A stretch of DNA of 64,000 nt from Hyphomicrobiales bacterium (GCA_019243195.1 JAFAUQ010000007.1:15-64014); one strand, 5' to 3'; positions 28,958 to 38,818 are shown, numbered from the stretch's first letter. Program-made: numbers and translations. The notes: generated from the letters alone by a model not told the origin.

Positions 28958-29440
28958 GTGAAGCTCATGTGCTTCGCCGCGATGCTCGTCGCGTCAGCGG
29001 CCGGGGTCCTTGCTGCAGGGCAGGTCTCCGCTGGAGAAATGCGGACCGATGAAGCCAAGCGCTTCATCGCCGGTAAGCTTTACTCTTTCCGCTGTTTCGA
29101 TGGTACCGCCGGGACCGGCCGCATCCAGCACGACGGTTCGGTCATCGGCATCGTCCGCTTCGGCGGCGCGGGCAACCTTCGCTACGTCAACCTGCCGGCC
29201 GGAACGCTGCGGGTGAAGGGCGAAAACTGGTGCGCATCGCTCAAGGGGTCGTCGTTCGAGCCGTGTTTCAATCTCGAGAAGATTGACGAGTACAGCTTCC
29301 GCGGGAGTTTGACGGGGCTCGGCTTCGCCTCCTGCAATTTCACCCGGCGCGCCCGCAGCGATTTCATCCGTACTTCGGCCGCGCTGCGCGCGGCCTCAAC
29401 AGCGACCGCCGAGAAGGCGGCAACTGCGAATAGCGAATAG
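28958..29440 (+). CDS. secreted hypothetical protein
   Basis: Signal peptide MKLMCFAAMLVASAAGVLAAGQVSAGE; 4 Cys; no recognisable domain. Confidence 0.6.
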   Translation: MKLMCFAAMLVASAAGVLAAGQVSAGEMRTDEAKRFIAGKLYSFRCFDGTAGTGRIQHDGSVIGIVRFGGAGNLRYVNLPAGTLRVKGENWCASLKGSSFEPCFNLEKIDEYSFRGSLTGLGFASCNFTRRARSDFIRTSAALRAASTATAEKAATANSE

Positions 29441-29486
29441 TTGTCCGAGCCCAGCTTCACTTGCCATTCGCTATTCGCCCCTGCAG

Positions 29487-29526
29487 TTTAGAACAGTTAC
29501 ACGCAGCAGATTAGAAGCGCTGTAAA
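29487..29526. promoter_or_regulatory. two ICE-like (Irr-box-like) motifs upstream of bfd-bfr
   Basis: attagaa-gcg-ctgtaaa (29510-29526) matches TTTAGAA-N3-TTCTAAA at 11/14. tttagaa-cag-ttacacg (29487-29503) is perfect in the left half only. They lie 75-115 nt upstream of the bfd ATG. Confidence 0.4.
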
Positions 29527-29600
29527 CTGCATTTTTTCTTTGCTTTTGCGCCGCCGTTCCCGTATCGGTCGCTGGTTCTTTCGGCTTCGCGTGCAGTCCC

Positions 29601-29807
29601 ATGATCATTTGCTCGTGTAACGTTCTCAGCGACCACGCGGTGCGCACCGCGGTTTCCGGCGCTGGCGCCCCGCGCACGGCGGGTCAGGTGTACGGCTGCC
29701 TCGGCTGCAGTCCGCAATGCGGGCGTTGCGCCACCACGATCCGGCGGATCATGGACGAGGCGCTCGGCGCGTGCTCGAGGGGCTGCCCGCGCGACGGCGC
29801 CGCGTAG
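29601..29807 (+). CDS. bfd: bacterioferritin-associated ferredoxin
   Basis: MIICSCNVLSD...GCLGCSPQCGRC: BFD-like [2Fe-2S] Cys pattern; located directly upstream of bfr. Confidence 0.85.
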   Translation: MIICSCNVLSDHAVRTAVSGAGAPRTAGQVYGCLGCSPQCGRCATTIRRIMDEALGACSRGCPRDGAA

Positions 29808-29893
29808 CCTCTCCTTCCCCTGGAATCTCCGAAAGCGCCCTTGCCGCAGCGCGGGCAGGGGCCGAAAATACCTTTTAACACATGGAGCAGAGC

Positions 29894-30382
29894 ATGCGCG
29901 GCGACCCGGGCGTCATCGATTTTCTAAACAAGGCGCTGCGGCACGAGTTGACCGCGGTCAATCAGTATTGGCTCCATTACCGCCTGCTCGACAATTGGGG
30001 CTACCGCGCGCTCGCCAAACAGTGGCGCAAGGAATCGATCGAGGAAATGGAGCACGCCGACAAGCTCGTCGCGCGCATTATCTTTCTCGACGGTTTCCCC
30101 AACATGCAGGTGCTCGATCCGCTGCACATCGGCCAGACGGTGAGAGAGGTGCTCGACTGCGATCTCGCGACCGAACTCTCCGCGCGCGCCCTCTACCAGG
30201 AGGCGTCCGGCTATTGCCACGGTGTCCAGGACTACGTGACGCGTGACCTGTTCGAGAAGCTCATGGCGGATGAGGAAAGTCACATTGATTTTCTCGAGAC
30301 CCAGCTCGATCTCGTCGCCAAGCTCGGGCTCGAACTCTACGCCCAACATCACATCGGCGAGCCGGAAAAAGACGACGACTGA
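29894..30382 (+). CDS. bfr: bacterioferritin
   Basis: [37 protein letters not shown]...EEMEHADKL...[12 protein letters not shown]. Confidence 0.95.
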   Translation: MRGDPGVIDFLNKALRHELTAVNQYWLHYRLLDNWGYRALAKQWRKESIEEMEHADKLVARIIFLDGFPNMQVLDPLHIGQTVREVLDCDLATELSARALYQEASGYCHGVQDYVTRDLFEKLMADEESHIDFLETQLDLVAKLGLELYAQHHIGEPEKDDD

Positions 30383-30398
30383 GCTACAAGTTTTTCGA

Positions 30399-33107
30399 TC
30401 ACGTCGCCGGCGCCGCCGCGGCGGCGTGCCGGGGAAACAGCAGGCGCTGGTAGAGCCAGCCGATGCCGACCAGCACCAGGCCGAGGCCGATGAAGGAGAG
30501 GGCGCGGAACGCCCCTTCGAGCACCGCGAGGTCGAACAGAAAAACCTTGCCGATCGTGATGAGCACGACCGCCGCCGAGGCGAGGCGCGCCGGCTGTGAG
30601 CGCAGGAAAACGCCCGCCAGGAGCAGCAGCACGCCGAAGGCGAGCCAGACGGCTGAATAGGTGTATTGCTCGGCGTTGCTGGTCGGGCCGCTTGTGAGCA
30701 CCGGGCCGTGATAAAGCGTCGTGACCTCGAGCGAGAGATAAGCCAGTGCGAGGCCGACCGCGACAACGGCGGCAACGACCCGATAGGCATAGGGACGCGT
30801 TTCGCGCGCGATGAGGGCGAGAATCGCCGCGAGCACGGCGGGCAGGCCGTAGCCGAGCAGGATGAGGTTCACGAACGGGCCGCCCACCGGCCGGCCGGTC
30901 ACGAGCGGATTTTCGAATCCCCACAGGCCGAACACGATGCCGCCGAGCGCCAGCGCGGCGAGGATGAGCGCGCCCGCGTCGTGAATGACGCTGCCGGTGC
31001 GCGCGCGAACGCGCTCGAGGCCGATGGCCATGGCGAGGAAGGCCGAGACCTGGAGCGCCACTTCGCTTAAGCCCCCGGTCGAACGATAAACATCGCCGTC
31101 GTTCATGATGAAACGAATTTCGAGGAAGACGAGAAGCACGGTGAACAGGATCGCACCCGACTCGACCATCCGGCACGGCATGTCGTCGGCGCGGCGGCGC
31201 AACAGATGGCCGGCGAGCCAGAACCCCGCCGCCGGCACGCCGTAACCGTAGAGCAGCCAATTGAAAATCGGTGTCGTGCCGACATCGTCGCCGACGATGC
31301 GCGGTTCCCAGGCGATGCGCGCAAGCACCAGCAGAACGCCCGCCGCCGCGGCCCACCGCAGCAAGGGGAGCGGACGCTTGAGCGAAACCCAGGCGATACC
31401 GGGCACCATCAGCGCGAGCCCGACGGTGAGCCAGCCTTTTTCCAGCGAGAACGTGAGCGCCAGCGCCAGCGCCGCGATGGTGCCGGCGGCGAAAATCGCG
31501 GCGGCTGAAGGAAGTCCCGGCCGGCGCGGGCGCCGGTCGAGGATTTCCACCGCCCACGCTCCCGCGCCGGCTATCAGCAGCGCGATGACCGCGAACGGCA
31601 CCGAGCGGTCGAACTGGGCGATGCGATAATAGAGCGCGATCAGGATCCCGAGCGGCGCAACCACGCCGGAGGCCGCCCACAGGATCGGTGGGACCGGTTG
31701 CTCCGAGCGGCCTTGCGCCAGGAAAGCGGCGCCGGCGAACAGCACCGCAAGAATGCCGCCGAACACGAGGTGCGAACCGAACGCGGCGCGCGCCGGTTCC
31801 GGCACGGCTCCGGCCATGGGCCCGGCGGGCGCAATCAGGTGTTCGATGCGCAGATCGACCGACCAGGCGGCAAGCACCAGCACGACCAGCACGGCGCCCA
31901 CCGGCACCGTTGCCACGGCCGCATCGGTGCGCCACGCGATCGCCAGCGTGCCCGCCGTGAGCAGCGCGAAGGCGATGAGCGCCACGCCGTCGTGATCGGT
32001 GGCGAACACCAGCATGGCGGCGGCAAACAAATAGGCAGCGAGCGCGCCCGAGGAAATGCCGTCGATGCGGCCGGGTGCCGCGCGCGGGCCATAGAGAAAG
32101 CCGGAGACGATCAGCACGGCGGCGAGCACGAACCCGGCGACGGCGTGAAACGCGTGCGCAAGGAGCACGGCGCTGGCCGTCTCCTCGATGCCCGGGAACA
32201 TCCATAGCGTCCCGACCCCCACCGCGGCGATGGCAAGCCAGCGCCACAGGCGCATGCGCGCGAGCGCGAAGCTCGCGGCGCTCACGACCGCGAGATAAAG
32301 GTAGAGCGCCCAGTAATTCGGCTGGTTCGTCGAAACGAGAAGCGGCGCGACGTAGGCGCCGACGAGCCCCAGCCCGGCGAGCGCCGGCCCATGCAGCAGC
32401 GCCGCCGCGAGCGTGAGCAGCGCCACGATTCCGAGCAGCACGAACGCGACGGCCGGCCCGAGGAATCCGTAGAGCGCGTAGGCGGCGTACACCGTCGCAT
32501 AGGCCACCGCGGTTCCGGCCGCGGTGAGAATGCTCGGGATATGCGCGGTGGGCAGAGGAACGAGGCTCGAAAGATTCTCTTTGCGGCGCGCCCATTCGCC
32601 GGCGACGAGCAGCCCCGCGGCCAGAAGCGCGCCGCAGAAAATGCGCATGCCGGGCCCGAACCAGCCCTGCTCGATCGAATATTGCACGAGGAAATAGCCG
32701 CCGAGCACCAGCGCCAATCCGCCGGCCCATACGGCCCATTGCGTGCCGAACCGCTCCTCGAAACTTGGGCGCGGGGCGGCGGGCGCCGGCGGCACAGGCG
32801 TCGGGGGCGGCTCGGCCGCGGGCGGCGGTTCGGTCGCGAACGGCGGTGCGGCGGACGGCGGTGCCGCGGCCGGCGGTGCCGGCTCGACTACCGGGGGCGC
32901 GGGTTCGGGCTGCGGCGGGGAGGGCGTCCGGGCTGCGGCCGGGGGCAGTGGCGCCCCGCCTCGCGCCAGGCGGTCTTCAATGTCGCGCAGGCGGCGCTCC
33001 AGCGCCTCGACGCGCGAGCGTGCGCCGGCCGCGGTCGCGAGCGCCAGGATCGCCATCAACGGAATGGCGAGCGCGATGAGAACGGCGAGCGTGATCAGCC
33101 CATCCAC
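30399..33107 (-). CDS. DUF2339-type large polytopic membrane protein
   Basis: N-terminal TM, then a coiled-coil (RVEALERRLRDIEDRLA), a Pro/Ala-rich spacer and about 25 TM segments. Confidence 0.8.
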   Translation of the reverse strand: MDGLITLAVLIALAIPLMAILALATAAGARSRVEALERRLRDIEDRLARGGAPLPPAAARTPSPPQPEPAPPVVEPAPPAAAPPSAAPPFATEPPPAAEPPPTPVPPAPAAPRPSFEERFGTQWAVWAGGLALVLGGYFLVQYSIEQGWFGPGMRIFCGALLAAGLLVAGEWARRKENLSSLVPLPTAHIPSILTAAGTAVAYATVYAAYALYGFLGPAVAFVLLGIVALLTLAAALLHGPALAGLGLVGAYVAPLLVSTNQPNYWALYLYLAVVSAASFALARMRLWRWLAIAAVGVGTLWMFPGIEETASAVLLAHAFHAVAGFVLAAVLIVSGFLYGPRAAPGRIDGISSGALAAYLFAAAMLVFATDHDGVALIAFALLTAGTLAIAWRTDAAVATVPVGAVLVVLVLAAWSVDLRIEHLIAPAGPMAGAVPEPARAAFGSHLVFGGILAVLFAGAAFLAQGRSEQPVPPILWAASGVVAPLGILIALYYRIAQFDRSVPFAVIALLIAGAGAWAVEILDRRPRRPGLPSAAAIFAAGTIAALALALTFSLEKGWLTVGLALMVPGIAWVSLKRPLPLLRWAAAAGVLLVLARIAWEPRIVGDDVGTTPIFNWLLYGYGVPAAGFWLAGHLLRRRADDMPCRMVESGAILFTVLLVFLEIRFIMNDGDVYRSTGGLSEVALQVSAFLAMAIGLERVRARTGSVIHDAGALILAALALGGIVFGLWGFENPLVTGRPVGGPFVNLILLGYGLPAVLAAILALIARETRPYAYRVVAAVVAVGLALAYLSLEVTTLYHGPVLTSGPTSNAEQYTYSAVWLAFGVLLLLAGVFLRSQPARLASAAVVLITIGKVFLFDLAVLEGAFRALSFIGLGLVLVGIGWLYQRLLFPRHAAAAAPAT

Positions 33108-33212
33108 GGATCCGGCTCCGCTGAAAACGGCAGTATCTTACCGCGCCCGGCGATTCGGGCCACGCGTCTTTGCTCGCGGCTGTGCGGAAACCGGTTCAAC
33201 TTTTCCGGAATG

Positions 33213-34220
33213 TCAGCCGCGCGCGCCGAGCCGCAGTCCGGCGGCCGGGCGTTCCTGGATCACTTCGCGGCGAAAACGAAACAGCGCCGCCGGCCGGCCG
33301 CCGGTCGCCGTCGATGTCTCGCCGGTCGGCTCGACCAGGGCGGTCGATTCCACCAGCCGCCGGAAATTCTGCTTGTGCACGAGGCGCCCGGAGATCGCCT
33401 CGACCGTGCGCTGGAGCGCGGTGAGCGTGAACTCGTCGGGCATCAACTCGAACACCACCGGCCGGTATTTGAGCTTGGCGCGCAGCCGGGCGATCGCGGT
33501 TGCGAGAATGCGGCGATGGTCGAAGCGCATGGGCTTCCCGAGCGGCGGCAGCGCGCCGCGCGCGAGCGCCGCCGGCCGGCCGTCGCGGCGCGCTTCTTCG
33601 ACCAAGCCTGCTTCGTAGAGCAATTCATAGCGGTCGAGCGTCTTCTCTTCGTCCCATGGGCTGCCCTCGATGCCGAAGCACAGGCGAAGCCGTTCGCGCC
33701 GGGAGAGCGCGCGGCGTGGCTCCGGCCCGGTCGAGCGCCGCGCCCATTCGGTGAGCAGCGGCAGGATGGTTTCGTCGAGAATCGCCGGGCGCGCGGTGCG
33801 CCAATCTTCCCATGGAAAGAACCGGTACCACGGCTCGAAGCCGGCGCCGGCCGCGATGAGCGGGTCAACGTTCTCCGGCATGCGGATGAGCGCGAGATAA
33901 CCGACCGACACCACGTGCGGGCCGGTGTCGCGCGGCAGCGCATGGCGGCCGCGATCGCCGAAAGTGTAGAGCTGCTCGACGTAGCCCACGCGCAGGCCGG
34001 TTTGCGCCTCGACCCAGGCGCGTAACCCGATTTCGAACGTGTGATGGGCAAGCGGATCGAATGGGCCGAACGGCAAACCCTTCGACCGGTCCGGATTCGC
34101 GCCAGTGTCGCCTGCGTCCAGGATCGCCGGCGCATCCGCCTCCATGGTGACGATCGCCGCGGTCAGTCCGATCTCGATCGGCGTGAGGACCGTGTCGGTC
34201 ATTTTATCAAATGAGGTCAA
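33213..34220 (-). CDS. Nudix-like / NrtR-like 'NAD regulator' family protein
   Basis: N-terminal degenerate Nudix-like domain (GLRVGYVEQLYTFGD) and a C-terminal winged-helix-like region; family assignment from memory, moderate confidence. Confidence 0.55.
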   Translation of the reverse strand: MTSFDKMTDTVLTPIEIGLTAAIVTMEADAPAILDAGDTGANPDRSKGLPFGPFDPLAHHTFEIGLRAWVEAQTGLRVGYVEQLYTFGDRGRHALPRDTGPHVVSVGYLALIRMPENVDPLIAAGAGFEPWYRFFPWEDWRTARPAILDETILPLLTEWARRSTGPEPRRALSRRERLRLCFGIEGSPWDEEKTLDRYELLYEAGLVEEARRDGRPAALARGALPPLGKPMRFDHRRILATAIARLRAKLKYRPVVFELMPDEFTLTALQRTVEAISGRLVHKQNFRRLVESTALVEPTGETSTATGGRPAALFRFRREVIQERPAAGLRLGARG

Positions 34221-34713
34221 GGCGGAACGGGTGGCCTTCGTAGCATGCGATGCCGCGCCCGATCGCCTCGACGGCTGCCACCATGCGGCCGTCGCGCCCG
34301 AGGATCTTATCCGCCAGGGTGACGATGCGGATGTTGGGTGTCGCGGTCGGCGAAAGACGGCGGATGTCCTTTGCGATCTCGAGTTCGGCGCGCCGCGGGT
34401 TGAGCGCGCAGGCGGACACGAAGGCGCCCGCGGTCGAGCGGCTCACACCGGCGTAGCAATGGATCACCAGCGGGGCGGCGCGATCCCACGCGCGGACGAA
34501 CGTCAGCAGTTCGGCGACGTGCGCTTCGCCCGGCATCGTGTAGCCGTCGATATGCTCGCTGATGTCGTCGAGCCGCAGCAGCAGGTGATCGGCGTGTTCG
34601 ATGGTGGGCGGGCGCCGCACCAGTTCGACGTCGCGCATCAGCGTGATGACGCGGCGTGCGCGGGTCTCTTCGACCGTCGCATGGAGCCGCGCGAGGGAAC
34701 ACACATGAATCAT
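34207..34713 (-). CDS. tyrosine/dual-specificity phosphatase family protein
   Basis: HCYAGVSRST = CX5R(S/T) P-loop; about 168 aa. Confidence 0.8.
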   Translation of the reverse strand: MIHVCSLARLHATVEETRARRVITLMRDVELVRRPPTIEHADHLLLRLDDISEHIDGYTMPGEAHVAELLTFVRAWDRAAPLVIHCYAGVSRSTAGAFVSACALNPRRAELEIAKDIRRLSPTATPNIRIVTLADKILGRDGRMVAAVEAIGRGIACYEGHPFRLDLI

Positions 34714-34796
34714 TGCGGAATCATCCAGAGTGGGGACGCATCATACAGGCGTTTGGTCTTGGCTCGAAGACGTGCCGAAAATATCGCGCGGCCCCA

Positions 34797-35366
34797 TCAC
34801 TTCGGCGCGACTTCGGCGAAGCGCTTGAGATAGCGCGATTGCGCCTGCGCGGCGGTCCACGGCGTCAAATAGTCGCGTTCGATCGGCGCCGGCAGCGCAG
34901 GCGGGCGGCCGAAGAAGCGGCCCGCCTCGGCCGGCTTGAACCCGGCAAGCCGCGTCGCCTCGAGGTAAGCGGCCGCGCGGTCGGCGCTCTTGATCAGCCG
35001 CGTGATTTCGGCGGGGAGTGCAGCCGGCAGGCCGAAGCGTACGTGGATCGCGGCGAGCAGGCGCTGTTCGACCACGCGGTAGGCGTCGCCGATCACCGCC
35101 TTGAATGGCGTGATCATGTCGCCGATCACGTACTCGGGGGCATCGTGCAGCAGCACGGCAAGACGCAAGCGGCGGTCGGGCGAATTCGCAACGCGATGGC
35201 GCAGGATCGCGTCGACCAGCAGCGTGTGTTGCGCGACCGAAAAAATATGCGCGCCGCCGGTCTGGCCGTTCCAGCGCGCCACCCGCGCCAGCCCGTGGGC
35301 GATGTCATCGATCTCGATGTCCAGCGGCGAGGGGTCGAGCAGGTCGAGCCTGCGGCCCGAGCGCAT
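34797..35366 (-). CDS. HD-domain metal-dependent phosphohydrolase (YfbR-like)
   Basis: IAHGLARVARWNGQT...SVAQHTL...LLHDAPEYVIGDMITP; ATG 35366 (alternative GTG 35390 in GTGA overlap with the tag stop). Confidence 0.75.
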   Translation of the reverse strand: MRSGRRLDLLDPSPLDIEIDDIAHGLARVARWNGQTGGAHIFSVAQHTLLVDAILRHRVANSPDRRLRLAVLLHDAPEYVIGDMITPFKAVIGDAYRVVEQRLLAAIHVRFGLPAALPAEITRLIKSADRAAAYLEATRLAGFKPAEAGRFFGRPPALPAPIERDYLTPWTAAQAQSRYLKRFAEVAPK

Positions 35367-35386
35367 GCGCTGCCAGGCGCGCGCCG

Positions 35387-35989
35387 TCACCCGCGCTTCG
35401 GATCGGCCAGTTCGCCGTGGCGATAACATGTGACGAGATGATCGTTGACCATGCCGACCGCCTGCATGAAGGCATAGACGATGGTCGGGCCGCAGAATTT
35501 GAATCCGCGCGCGGCAAGCTCTTTCGATATTTGTTTTGACAGCGGCGTCTCCGCCGGCACTTGCGAGCGGCGACGGAAGCGGTTGACCTTCGGCTTGCCG
35601 TCGAGAAATCCCCACAGCAGCGCCGAGAAGCCCGGCCCTTTCTCCATCAGCTCGAGATAGGCGCGTGCGGAAAGGATCGCGCCTTCGATCTTGAGGCGAT
35701 TGCGCACGATGCCTTCATCGGCCATCAGCGCCGCGACTTTGCGCTTGTCATACCGCGCGATGATCTCCGGCCGGAAGCCGTCGAACGCCCGGCGGAAGTT
35801 TTCCCGCTTGCGCAGGATGGTGATCCACGAGAGACCCGCCTGAAAACCGTCGAGCACGAGCTTCTCATAAAGCGCGCGGTCGCCGTAGTCGGGCACGCCC
35901 CATTCGTCGTCGTGATAGGAGACATAGAACGGGTCGAGGCCGGGCCACGGGCAACGCTTGCGGCCGTCGGGATGGGCGAGATCAGGCAT
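35387..35989 (-). CDS. tag: DNA-3-methyladenine glycosylase I
   Basis: RCPWPGLDPFYVSYHDDEWGVP...LVLDGFQAGLSWITIL. Confidence 0.9.
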   Translation of the reverse strand: MPDLAHPDGRKRCPWPGLDPFYVSYHDDEWGVPDYGDRALYEKLVLDGFQAGLSWITILRKRENFRRAFDGFRPEIIARYDKRKVAALMADEGIVRNRLKIEGAILSARAYLELMEKGPGFSALLWGFLDGKPKVNRFRRRSQVPAETPLSKQISKELAARGFKFCGPTIVYAFMQAVGMVNDHLVTCYRHGELADPKRG

Positions 35990-36036
35990 GCGAGCGGTCT
36001 CTACACATCGCGAGCGCGGCGCTCAAGCCTGACTCT

Positions 36037-36092
36037 CACCGTCATGCCCGGCCTTGTGCTGCCTTGTGCCGGCCATCCACGTCTAAAAATCG
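36037..36092. repeat. REP-like element ('gtcatgcccggccttgtgc..ggccatccacgtc')
   Basis: Hairpin-forming gccggcc core with an internal tandem gccttgtgc duplication; intergenic. Confidence 0.45.
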
Positions 36093-36118
36093 TGAGAAAC
36101 AAACGCGGCTGCAGCCGC

Positions 36119-37009
36119 TCACTCTGCCGCCGTCGCCTCGCCCGGAAACGCGAAGCGCGCCCATTCTGGCTTGACCAGGCGGAGCGTTACGCCGCCGGCC
36201 GAAAGCGCGGCGCCGGCCGCCAGCGCCTCGGCGGTGCGATCGAGCCGCAGCATGGCAAGGCCGCGGCCGCGCGCGGCCGTGCCCATGGTGCCGACCGCAC
36301 GCTCGCCGGCCATCACCGGAACTCCGTCCGCCGGGGCGAACTCGTCGTAGGCGACGGGCACGATGCGGCTGCGCGCGCGGGCGCGGTGCTCGATGCGCGA
36401 GACCACTTCCTGCCCGACGTAGCAGCCCTTCTCGAAATCGACGCCGTTGAGCTGATCCATGTCGGCCTCGTGCGGGAAGGCATCGCCATAGCCGAAGTCG
36501 GCGCCGCCGCGCGGGATGCCCAGCGCAATGCGGTGCGCCTCGTAGGCTTCCGGCTCGACGAGGGTCGCGCCAAGGTCGCGCGCCGCCGCCTCGGCGAGGT
36601 GCGGCGGGAGCATCACGCGCAACCCGAGCGCCGGCAGGCGCGGGTCCGGATAGACGAGCCCGTATTCCGAGGTGCCGGTGCCGTCCCACGCGGCGAGCAC
36701 GCCGAGCGCCTCCGACAAATCCTCGATGACGACCTTGGCGCGCAGCTTGTAGAAATTGAGCCGGCGGACGAGATCGGAAACGAGCGCGCGGGGGCAGTCG
36801 ATGAACAGCGCGGTGCCGTCCTCTGGCGGCACCGCCGCCACGATGCCGTCGAACAGGATTTTGCCTTGCGGGGTGAGCAGCGCGGCGAAACGCGGCGAGT
36901 CCGGCGTGAGCGCCTCGATGTCCGACGTGAGAAGCCCGTTGAGAAAACGCCGCGCGTCGGCGCCGTCAACCTTGACGACACCGCGATCGGTAAGAAGGGC
37001 TGCCTGCAT
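36119..37009 (-). CDS. ygfZ: folate-binding YgfZ-family protein (Fe-S cluster repair/tRNA modification)
   Basis: MQAALLTDRGVVKVDGADARRFLNGLLTSDI...KGCYVGQEVVSR (YgfZ signature). Confidence 0.85.
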   Translation of the reverse strand: MQAALLTDRGVVKVDGADARRFLNGLLTSDIEALTPDSPRFAALLTPQGKILFDGIVAAVPPEDGTALFIDCPRALVSDLVRRLNFYKLRAKVVIEDLSEALGVLAAWDGTGTSEYGLVYPDPRLPALGLRVMLPPHLAEAAARDLGATLVEPEAYEAHRIALGIPRGGADFGYGDAFPHEADMDQLNGVDFEKGCYVGQEVVSRIEHRARARSRIVPVAYDEFAPADGVPVMAGERAVGTMGTAARGRGLAMLRLDRTAEALAAGAALSAGGVTLRLVKPEWARFAFPGEATAAE

Positions 37010-37117
37010 GCCGCGATCCGTTCGGTTGCGATACGTAGGGCGCGCGCACAAGGGACTCAAGGGCGGATGCGATGGATCTGCGGGAGCCACCTCTCCATCG
37101 ATGGTGTGACAAGCTCG

Positions 37118-38818
37118 CTACGCGCCGCCAAGCTTGGACGCTATGGCGTCCAACGCCGCATCACATCCAGCCGCAAGATCGGCGTAATGGACTCGAAACG
37201 ATCCAAATGCCTTGAGGGCTTGTTTCTCCAAGGTTCGCTTCCTTTCAATGGCCGCGTGACCTTTCAAGACGGTTCGAAGCTCGTGCAGCGTTCTTAGAGG
37301 CTCGAGACTGTTGCGAGCGTCCTCTTGATCGACGCCTGCCCCGATCAAGGATTCTTCAACTAGCTTGAGGGATGCCCAGTTAGGATCAACCGAGCGCCCG
37401 AGGTGCCTCGCCAAATCGCGCAGCGCCCTAACTTTGAAGCCCTCGACGAGCAGTTGGTCGAGCGCGAGAATTTCGTTCGCCCACTCGGCCGGCGCCGTAG
37501 TCACCGGATAGTGCACTGCCTTGAACAATTCCTCACCACGCCGCGTCCACCACGCAGGAGGCGCTTTATCCAGCGCGTGGAGCTTGCGCTTGAGCGAATT
37601 TAGCGGATCGTATTCCGTATAGAACTCGCCCTTAAAGTCGGTCGCAACTGCGCGCTGTGAGAGGGGCGCTTTTGGCCACTCATTGAACGACTGCCAGTAC
37701 ACCTGTTCTCTATAGGGCAGCTGAGCAAGATATCGCAGATACGTATGGACCTGTCCGGCCTCGTTAACATCGTAGGTCTGGAGGCCCCAAGTTCCCCGGC
37801 AACGGATCGAGCGGTCCTGAAGATCGTACTTTTCGCTATCGGCTTTATACTTGTGAAGAACGTCCGCCTTGAAGAAGGCAAATGACATCTCGCGTGGTAG
37901 AAGTGAATCGGCCTGAAAGTAATTAGACAGCCCCTTCGGATCGCAAGAGATTTCAATTTTCTGACCGGTAACCAAGTCAATCGCCTTGAACGTTGCGTAT
38001 TGGCGTGACGCGGGGTCCAGCGCCTTTTTGCGAGCTTTGACGATCTGCTTCATCGTGATTGCCGGCCGGGCAATCATCCGACCGTTGACATAGCTGGCAC
38101 GCCCCGGCACTACCTCGCCATCGTAAAATAAGTCGGGTGCTTTACGGCTGAACGTGCCTCGGTTAGACCACCCGTTAAAGGAACGGCGATCCAATCGTGT
38201 GAAATCAAAAAAGATAACCATTCCCATTTTGTCCAATCGCATGTATTCCACGAAATCCTTCATCGAGATTGTAATGAGCGTCAGGTGCTCGAACAGACTC
38301 TTGTCGTCCTTTTCCGTAATGCAGATGACATCCTCCAAGTCCCCGTCATCGTCGAGGCGGCAATACGCATTCCGCTCCTCAATGAAATGCAAATTGAGAG
38401 CGTGAACGAGCCTCTGGCTGATTTCGAGGGAACGGCGGCGAGACCCGGCGAACGACCGGCTGAAATAAAGCTTTTCCCCGCCCTTAAGCGTTTTGTACCG
38501 GGATAACGGCGGGGCCAAATACACCCTATCGGCCCTTCCGCCGCCGGACTCGTGTTCGATTCCCCAAGCGTCATCCAGAGCCACGAAATCGTGGCTAAGA
38601 TCGTCCTGATCCGGGGGATTGAGATTCCTTAGAGGCGCGAGCACCACGTGAATGAGCACGCAGGGCATCGAAACGAACAGCACCAATCTGTCCGATTGAA
38701 CGTTCTCCTTCAGGAATTCAATCGACTTTTCTGCGGATGAAAGCCACTCGCCGGCATTCGCCTCGGGAATCTGGGAAATGCCTGTGAGCTTTCGCAATGT
38801 TCTATCATTGGTCGTCAT
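37118..38818 (-). CDS. hypothetical protein, 566 aa, low-GC orphan
   Basis: Long uninterrupted ORF in a visibly AT-richer stretch; few shadow ORFs in the track, unlike the flanks; no domain recognised. Confidence 0.7.
   Translation of the reverse strand: MTTNDRTLRKLTGISQIPEANAGEWLSSAEKSIEFLKENVQSDRLVLFVSMPCVLIHVVLAPLRNLNPPDQDDLSHDFVALDDAWGIEHESGGGRADRVYLAPPLSRYKTLKGGEKLYFSRSFAGSRRRSLEISQRLVHALNLHFIEERNAYCRLDDDGDLEDVICITEKDDKSLFEHLTLITISMKDFVEYMRLDKMGMVIFFDFTRLDRRSFNGWSNRGTFSRKAPDLFYDGEVVPGRASYVNGRMIARPAITMKQIVKARKKALDPASRQYATFKAIDLVTGQKIEISCDPKGLSNYFQADSLLPREMSFAFFKADVLHKYKADSEKYDLQDRSIRCRGTWGLQTYDVNEAGQVHTYLRYLAQLPYREQVYWQSFNEWPKAPLSQRAVATDFKGEFYTEYDPLNSLKRKLHALDKAPPAWWTRRGEELFKAVHYPVTTAPAEWANEILALDQLLVEGFKVRALRDLARHLGRSVDPNWASLKLVEESLIGAGVDQEDARNSLEPLRTLHELRTVLKGHAAIERKRTLEKQALKAFGSFRVHYADLAAGCDAALDAIASKLGGA

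Noticed and set aside
30349-34025. Long alternative-frame and antisense ORFs (796 aa minus, 544 aa and 291 aa plus) over the DUF2339 and NrtR-like genes
   Set aside because: Low-complexity Arg/Gly/Ala translations. The 902-aa frame gives a coherent polytopic membrane protein instead.
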